A stretch of DNA of 64,000 bases, taken from Chrysomallon squamiferum (Eukaryota; Animalia; Mollusca). This document shows, in pieces, positions 49,917 to 64,000 of the stretch. Location: assembly GCA_012295275.1 (NCBI GenBank), contig CM022676.1:17918001-17982000 (forward strand), read 5' to 3'. The translations under genes and the position numbers were made by a program. Under the pieces are notes generated by a model that was not told where the DNA came from, ran no database searches, and worked only from the letters and a program-made list of their open reading frames with translations. How positions within the stretch are numbered: the stretch's first letter is position 1; every line of letters starts with the position of its first letter.

Positions 49917-50337
49917 CAGCATATTAAAGTCAGGATATACATAACTTGTTTCATTTCAATTTAAAACACCTGACACTTAAGTAATCTATTTGTTAGAGAA
50001 CTAACTCTGATATATTTATAATAAATTAAGAACAGTGGAAGCGTCAACAGATAATAAAATATAAAATTTGATACACGTTCAATATGGCCGACTACTGTCA
50101 GTTCTGCTTTGTGTTCTTTTAGTTAGGAAACCCTCCACTGATAAACACGCGACTGACGTCAAATATCTTATACGTCATCAAGTGTTACGTTTCAGTTTCA
50201 GATTAAAATAAACAAATCGTGCTACGAGATATATGTACACTGATCTTACATAAATCTTCTTTACAATAAATTACATTAATTCTAATTCAATAAATTAAAT
50301 ACTACTAGATGCCATTGTTTATACGTAAGTTATACAT

Positions 50338-50407
<70 letters not shown>

Positions 50408-50784
50408 TTATAATAATAACAGCAACAACAACATCAGCATGATCAACAACAACAATAATAATAACAAATATTTTTTACAGTATACTTAATATAAGTGTAC
50501 ATGTCTTATTTCTCTGACGAGGCTTGCATGACCAGTTTCAATGTAATCTGCCACTGACTGCTTGTTATGTAGCTCATATAAAAATAGCGTGTCACTGCTA
50601 CACGAAACACACAAAGGTATACTCGGGTGTTATTTACAGCGATCTGACAAGTTAATTGTTAATACACAATCTGTCCATAAGTGTAGAAATAGCCCGTGAA
50701 AATAAGAAATTATTTACATTTGTCAGCATTGTGAGAAGATAAATAATTTGAATAAAGACGACAAAAACAACCAGCAATCTCGTA

Positions 50785-50870
<86 letters not shown>

Positions 50871-50979
50871 TATGAGATAATATGATCACATCCTCTAGTG
50901 GTACTTTCCACAGACAACCAACAAACTCATAAATACTACTACTACTAGTACTACTATTACTACTACAACTATTACTACA

Positions 50980-51013
<34 letters not shown>

Positions 51014-51405
51014 ATAATAATAATAATAATAATAAAAAGTAATAAAAATTATATGTGATAATATTATCACATCCTGTCGTTACATACACCAGATGGTAAG
51101 AAACATTTTATAGTCGTGTCTAGCACATATTTTTTCATAGGTTTAAAAAGCCTCACGCTATAACGCTGTTTGTTAAATGGTTTATTCTTTTTTCTTTCTT
51201 TTTTCTTTCTTTTTGGATGTTTTCCGTTGTAGATGAAAACAAATACAATAACATTTTATGAACTGGCTGGAATGGGTGATAGACCAACCAACGTTAGTTA
51301 AGAAGGAAGGAACGAATGAAGAAAGGAAGAAAGAAAAAATGAAACGAACACACGCAAATAAATAAATAAATAAATAATAAAATAATAACAATAATAATAA
51401 TAAAA

Positions 51406-51482
<77 letters not shown>

Positions 51483-51864
51483 TAATAATAATAGAATTAA
51501 ATAAATTAGAATAAAATTAAAAACAATATACACTACTTTACAGGTTCAAAATAGTTACCTACCTGAAAAACTTCCTGATCGATAGTTTCTTAGAAATGAG
51601 TTATTTCTGTTTAACGACTCTACTATTGATCACATAGATCAGGGATCTATAAATAAATAAATAAAATGAAATAAAGTAAAAGATTGATGAATATATAGCA
51701 TAAGCTGTCAACGATATATTGAACTATATTTAGGTGCTATCATTACAATTACTACTGCTGCTACTACTAGGACCAGTACTACTACTACTGCTACTAGTAC
51801 CTCCACTACTACTACTAATAGAATAATAATTATTATTATAAGGACGATTATTATTATAAGGACG

Positions 51865-51896
<32 letters not shown>

Positions 51897-52250
51897 AGAG
51901 GTTTATCGATGTTTCTCATAAACCAGTGTGCAAGGTATATATATAATAATAATAATAATAATAAAAATAATAACGCCTTTATCAAAATTCATACACAAAT
52001 TTATAATCCTGACAAAATAGATTACAAGTTGAATATGTCTGATTTGTTTTAAGCAAAGCAATAATATGACATATATTAAATCAAAATAAAATACAAAATA
52101 CCTTTAAATTTCAAAATGGCTGACAGCTTCTGAATAATGCGTCTTGTTTGTAAGTGGTTTTCCTGGAACTGACGCCTTTCTGCTTGACAAGGTCACTGAA
52201 ATATTTTCTGTGTGTCGCTGTTTACTAAGTCGTCTGCTGATAAGCACGTG
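49207..52250 (-). other. Probable non-coding 5'UTR exons of the BTB paralog: three mutually similar exon-like units (51646-51563, 49752-49668, 49276-49207) plus an upstream exon ending at 52102
   Basis: Each unit has a T-rich TAG acceptor and an AG|GT donor. They share cores such as CGTTAAACAGAAA and AAGAAA.T.TCGATCAGGAAG. The coding-exon acceptor is at 48989. Confidence 0.5.
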
Positions 52251-52740
52251 ACTGAAATCAGATATAGCACAAGTCACATCACGTATAGCAGTAGATATAT
52301 AGTTATTTTGTCTGTAAAATATTAATATTTATTTCTCACTCAGTATATCGATGAAAAGGTTGTGTTAACCAGTGTCTATTAAGTAGGTCAGATAAGAATA
52401 GCGTGTCAGTTGTGTTGGCGACAAGAAACGTTATACTACGATCGTGAAATATGCAATGTAATGGTGAATCAGAGTACACGGGACATTCATTTATTTGTAA
52501 GTGTTATTAGTCAGAGCGATCTAAACACAGGTGTGACAGATACAACCTTTATTATGTTTAGTGTGAAAAAATAGCATTGTTCAAACAGTAACAGTTCTGA
52601 TTATTGGTGTGATTTATTTATCTATTTATTTATTTATTTATTTATATCACTTTTTCCTTTTTTAGTTATCTGTTGGTATTTTTCTGTTAAAATGCAGAAG
52701 ACTCCATAACATCTGTAAAAACAACAACAACAACAACAGC

Positions 52741-52809
<69 letters not shown>

Positions 52810-52825
52810 CAACAACAAAGAAGAA

Positions 52826-52857
<32 letters not shown>

Positions 52858-53099
52858 AGACGAAGAATTAACATGTTTTAGTTATAAATATTACTTCATA
52901 TAAATAAAAGTACACGTTATTGTAAGAAACATACAAAATGCCATAACAGAAAAATAAATTAAAACTTTGTATATTATTGCATATTCTATCCTTGAATATT
53001 TATGACATATTTACAGAATATCTGAACTTACTTACACAATGCGCATTAAATCTTCACAATATTTTAGGTGATATTTAAATAGTAATTTGTTTTTGTTTC

Positions 53100-54990
53100 C
53101 ACAGATTACCAATGATAAATTATATTCATTTTTTAATTTTTATTAGAGTTACCAATAATAAATGTTAATTTCTTTTTTAGTTAACTCACTTTTTAGTTAA
53201 GGTTTATCAATGACAAATGTAATTTATCGCTTTACAGGATAAACAAGCTCATGTTGTCCAGAAAAAAAGGCCAGGTTCCTTCAGGCCAAGGATGACCACT
53301 TGACCATGTGTGTAGTGCACAGTTCAGTGAAGAACAATCACTTCTCCAGTCCTGACTGTTAAGAGAAACTTGTACAGACTCAGACACTCAGATGTACTCA
53401 ACATGTTTGTAAACAGATACTGGGTATAATGGACAGGTAATTCAGTTTACTACCAGATTTTATAAACTTTAAAATAATAAATTACTTAATGCCATCTTAG
53501 AATGTTTTAATATTAATAATATTATATATATATATATTTTTGTTCATTTGTAAATAATGATATATGTAGATACAAATAGAAATACAGACTTTGTCATTGA
53601 TTTACCAATTGTGATAACAAATCTAAGAGGAAATAGCCAATTGAACATGTATTTTAGAAAGTTTAAATTTAAAAATTAAGAATAAGATAAAGATTTTAGA
53701 TTTTATTTGTTATCAATTTTAAAAAAAAAAAAAAAAAAAAAAATGTATATTTTATTTTTAAAATTATTAGATTCATATTTAAAGGTTCTGACTTGATTTG
53801 TTCAAATTTGTTTTAAACAGGGACATTGCCAGAAAATAAAAAGAACAGGAACAACAAGAAATATTTTAATAAATAGTTTGACTTTATTTCATTTGAGTTA
53901 AATTTTATTTCACTCTACATATATATATTAGTTGAAAACATCACTGCAGATTCAAATGAAGACATAAAATTATAATAGTTGTTCTACAGAAATGTACAAT
54001 GTAATGTTTTATTTTCAGAAACAAGCCGGATGTTATATCAGAATCACCACAGAGTACAGAAATCTATTTACAGCAGATTCTTAGAGCAAAGAAATCACAG
54101 GACAGTTACAGACCATCAGATGTTTTACATGAGTGCTGTTTTAACAGGCTGAGTGATTGGTAAGTAAACTGAATGTACATCACATTTGTAATACTATTAC
54201 TGACATTTTTGTTTTAAATGTATGAATGTCATGTCTGAAGTTTTGGACACAAGCTGGTGTTGTACACAGAGCACAGAAATCTATTTACAGCAGATTCTTC
54301 ACATCATGTTAGTTTAACTGTCTACTTGACTGATAAATAAATGTAAACTTTTCTCTCACAAGTTTTAATAAACTTTTCTCTTGGGCCTTTCAGTAACTAT
54401 GAAGTGTGAAAATTAATTTTAAATGGTCTGTTTCAGATGATCGTTATTAATTATTATTTTTGATAATGACAGTGTAAGAGAAAAGCCCTCTACCTCTGTT
54501 AATTAAGACAGCTGTTTTTATGTTCAGTTTCAAGTGTACATTCTTTAATACATAAGTAGCAGAGTGACAAACTCAAGACACAGCACCAAGTTCAGTCAAG
54601 TCTGTGAAAAAAAAAGACTTTAGTTTTTAAAAATGATTTATTTTAGAAATCCTTGATTACTGCTTGAAAAAAAAAAAAAGTACACATTTTATATAAAGGT
54701 GTTTGGTCCAGGGGAGATAATTTCATTTTTTTCTTTTTGTATTCTTCTTTTTAATTTAATTTTAAACAAAAATCTACTTAATCATAAAAATCCAAATATA
54801 AAATAACAAAGAATATGAAGACTTCTGGTAAAGATTTAGTCAATAAACATATCTTAATAAAACATAAAATGGAAGTAGATAATTTTCTGTGTTTTGGAAG
54901 ACAAATCAGAAATTATAAATTTTCTGAATAAATAATTTTAAGATTACGTTATTTATTGAGCTTTTAACTTTTTTGTAGACAAATATCTTG
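53100..54990 (+). pseudogene. Decayed spliced unit paralogous to 23230-24220; exon 53238-53436 has a weak THAP-like motif
   Basis: AG/GT-bounded exon-like blocks with stops. One frame gives ..FRPR..DHVCSAQFSEE, compared with the THAP motif VCS.HF. Confidence 0.35.
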
Positions 54991-55749
54991 GTTATTTTTT
55001 ATTTCATTTTGTATATTTTATTATTATACTTTTGTTGGATAGATCAGAAATCTTGGTATTTTTATATTTTTCAGCACTCTTGGCTCTCATCTGAAAAACC
55101 GTATGAAACATTTTAAAACATTTTTAATTTAAAACTTCAAAAATATGTAACATGATGCTTTTCTAAATTTTATGTAAGGAATTTTATGAGAGTTTTCTAA
55201 AATTAAGTTTTTTTATATGAAAAAGTAGTTTTGATATTAACTTGTTTTCTTGTTGAAATAAATATTTCAAATTATTTTGTATTCTATTTTTAATTTAATA
55301 TTTTTAGCTAGCATTATCAAACATCCTAAGGTGAGGAATATTTTTATTTACATAGTTTTGGCACATTAACCAAAACTTAATAAACATTGCAAATTCTTAT
55401 ATATTAGTAGCTGTACAAAATTATTTGAATTTTCTGATTCAGGTTGAGTGCATGAAATGTCCGTAACACAGAAAAAAAAAATCACAGACTAGTTTAGACT
55501 GTTTATTTTAAGAAAAGTAAATAAATTTGATTACATATATTTATTTATTTGTATTTTAAAAATTGAAAAACAAAACAGATTTCACCCATTTTATCTACTC
55601 AGTAAGAGATATAAACATTTATTCAGTCTGTCAGGATTTTTTCTTTACACTGTCAAACTAGAAGTGAAAATATCAGCCTAAGAGACACACACTGATTTAC
55701 TGGGTGAACCAAAAAATATTTTCTGAACATTAACACCTCATATTTCCTA

Positions 55750-62669
<6,920 letters not shown>

Positions 62670-62681
<12 letters not shown>

Positions 62682-62760
62682 TGTTTTAAGCTTGTCAAAC
62701 CGAGCAGTGATAGAGTTACCTCCCATTTGGGGGCGGAGTTATGATGTCGTGCTGAGGTCA
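62670..62760. promoter_or_regulatory. Probable (bidirectional) promoter with GC box and YY1-like motif
   Basis: GGGGCGGAGT at ~62729-62738 and minus-strand CAATGGCGGCCG overlapping the ATG at 62681. Plus-strand exon-like blocks follow (donor ~62824, exon ~63253-63399). Confidence 0.45.
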
Positions 62761-64000
62761 TTACGACTGTATACATCATGCTTCATACTACAGTCATCAA
62801 ATACAGGAGACTTCTATTGTAATGTATGTCAGTATATGAGCCGTTATTTACGTGTATACCTACATATATTTAAAAAATGTCTCTGTTTAGTTATTTGTTT
62901 ATTTAATCTGATTTATATTTCTTTCATCGTGAAATGTCAGTGCAGACATTGCTCTGTTTTGTTTATCGCATACGTTGTTGATCATCACTCCAAACCTGCA
63001 GGGTTAATTAACTCACATACACATAATTATGTAAATATACATACATCCACCCGTCCATTTTTCTTTCTCAAATTAGTAATTAATTTGTATTTCTGAAACC
63101 ACAATTATGCACTAATATTTTAAAATCTTCATTATAACCTCTTAATTTCCATACATATTCAGATATTGTTAATATTGTATTTTATTTTATATCTTTTGAC
63201 ACACTATGCATTTAAATATTTAACTGGTTTTAAATTTATTTTTCTCTACATAGGATATGAAACTCTTTCCTGCAGTGATGACTTAGGGATGTTCTGTTCT
63301 TACACAAACACCTGTCACTGAAGTGATTTCAGAACATTATTACTCTGTAGAATTGAGTGACAGAAGCAGTCACAATCTGAGATTGGTGTAAAACCAAGGG
63401 TGAGAAAAAATTTAAAATTAAATATTTTAAAATGTAAGCAGTTGTCACATAATGTTACTAAACAAATGCTATCACCTTACTATAAATAAATTAATAATAC
63501 TCATAAATAAGTTATTAATAAATTATAAAATCAAATTGAATATTTATTAAATATCTTGCAATAGTTTTAGTAGAGAGAGAGAGAGTCTGTGTGTTTGCCT
63601 AAGTATCAAGCCATACATTTCAATATGTATATGTAAATGTACTATATTTTATTTATTTAGTTGTTATGTATAGTTACTTACCTGTTTCCTTATTTATTTA
63701 TTTATTAAGTTTAGTTTATCCGCAACATGGCAAAAGAAATATATTAGTCACCAGTGCTCTTCCATATATCAGCAGTGTTCCTCACCATGGCAACATCACT
63801 GGTTGTGTAGTCAGTTCTTATGTTTCCTCCAGGTTAGACATATTATTTTATGTGTTAGAGTTATCTTCCTTAGCAAATTTCTGTTTTATTATTTTAGCTT
63901 TTTGAACTACACTATTTGTATTATAACTTTAGTTTGTTTTATTTTAAATAACATATTATTATTTTGTTATTGAATTAATATTATTACAGTTAGATATGTT

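Overview
AT-rich, intron-containing eukaryotic DNA dense in microsatellites ((AAT)n, (AG)n, (AC)n, (TATG)n). The gene repertoire suggests a mollusc, possibly a gastropod (inference). A 200-N scaffold gap lies at 28843-29042. Genes supported from the sequence: an intact two-exon BTB-BACK-PHR gene (251-1815, +) and a frameshifted paralog (47340-48981, -) inside a ~5-6 kb inverted segmental duplication that also carries a dead Tc1 (DD34E) element in each arm; a secreted lysozyme-like-motif gene with a nonsense codon; a signal-peptide gene with two Ig-like exons; a RING/coiled-coil/NHL (TRIM-like) gene with no B-box; an Ig-exon remnant; a MULE transposase relic; and decayed multi-exon units. Structural oddities: (i) an intronic satellite with 20 perfect CAG|GTAAGT splice-donor motifs ending about 24 nt before a real acceptor; (ii) a six-unit ~1.5 kb array arranged as a duplicated trimer and ending in a GC hairpin plus T-run; (iii) a diverged ~3.8 kb palindrome; (iv) an abrupt divergence step between the duplication arms, suggesting gene conversion. 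All alignments and counts were done by eye and no databases were searched.
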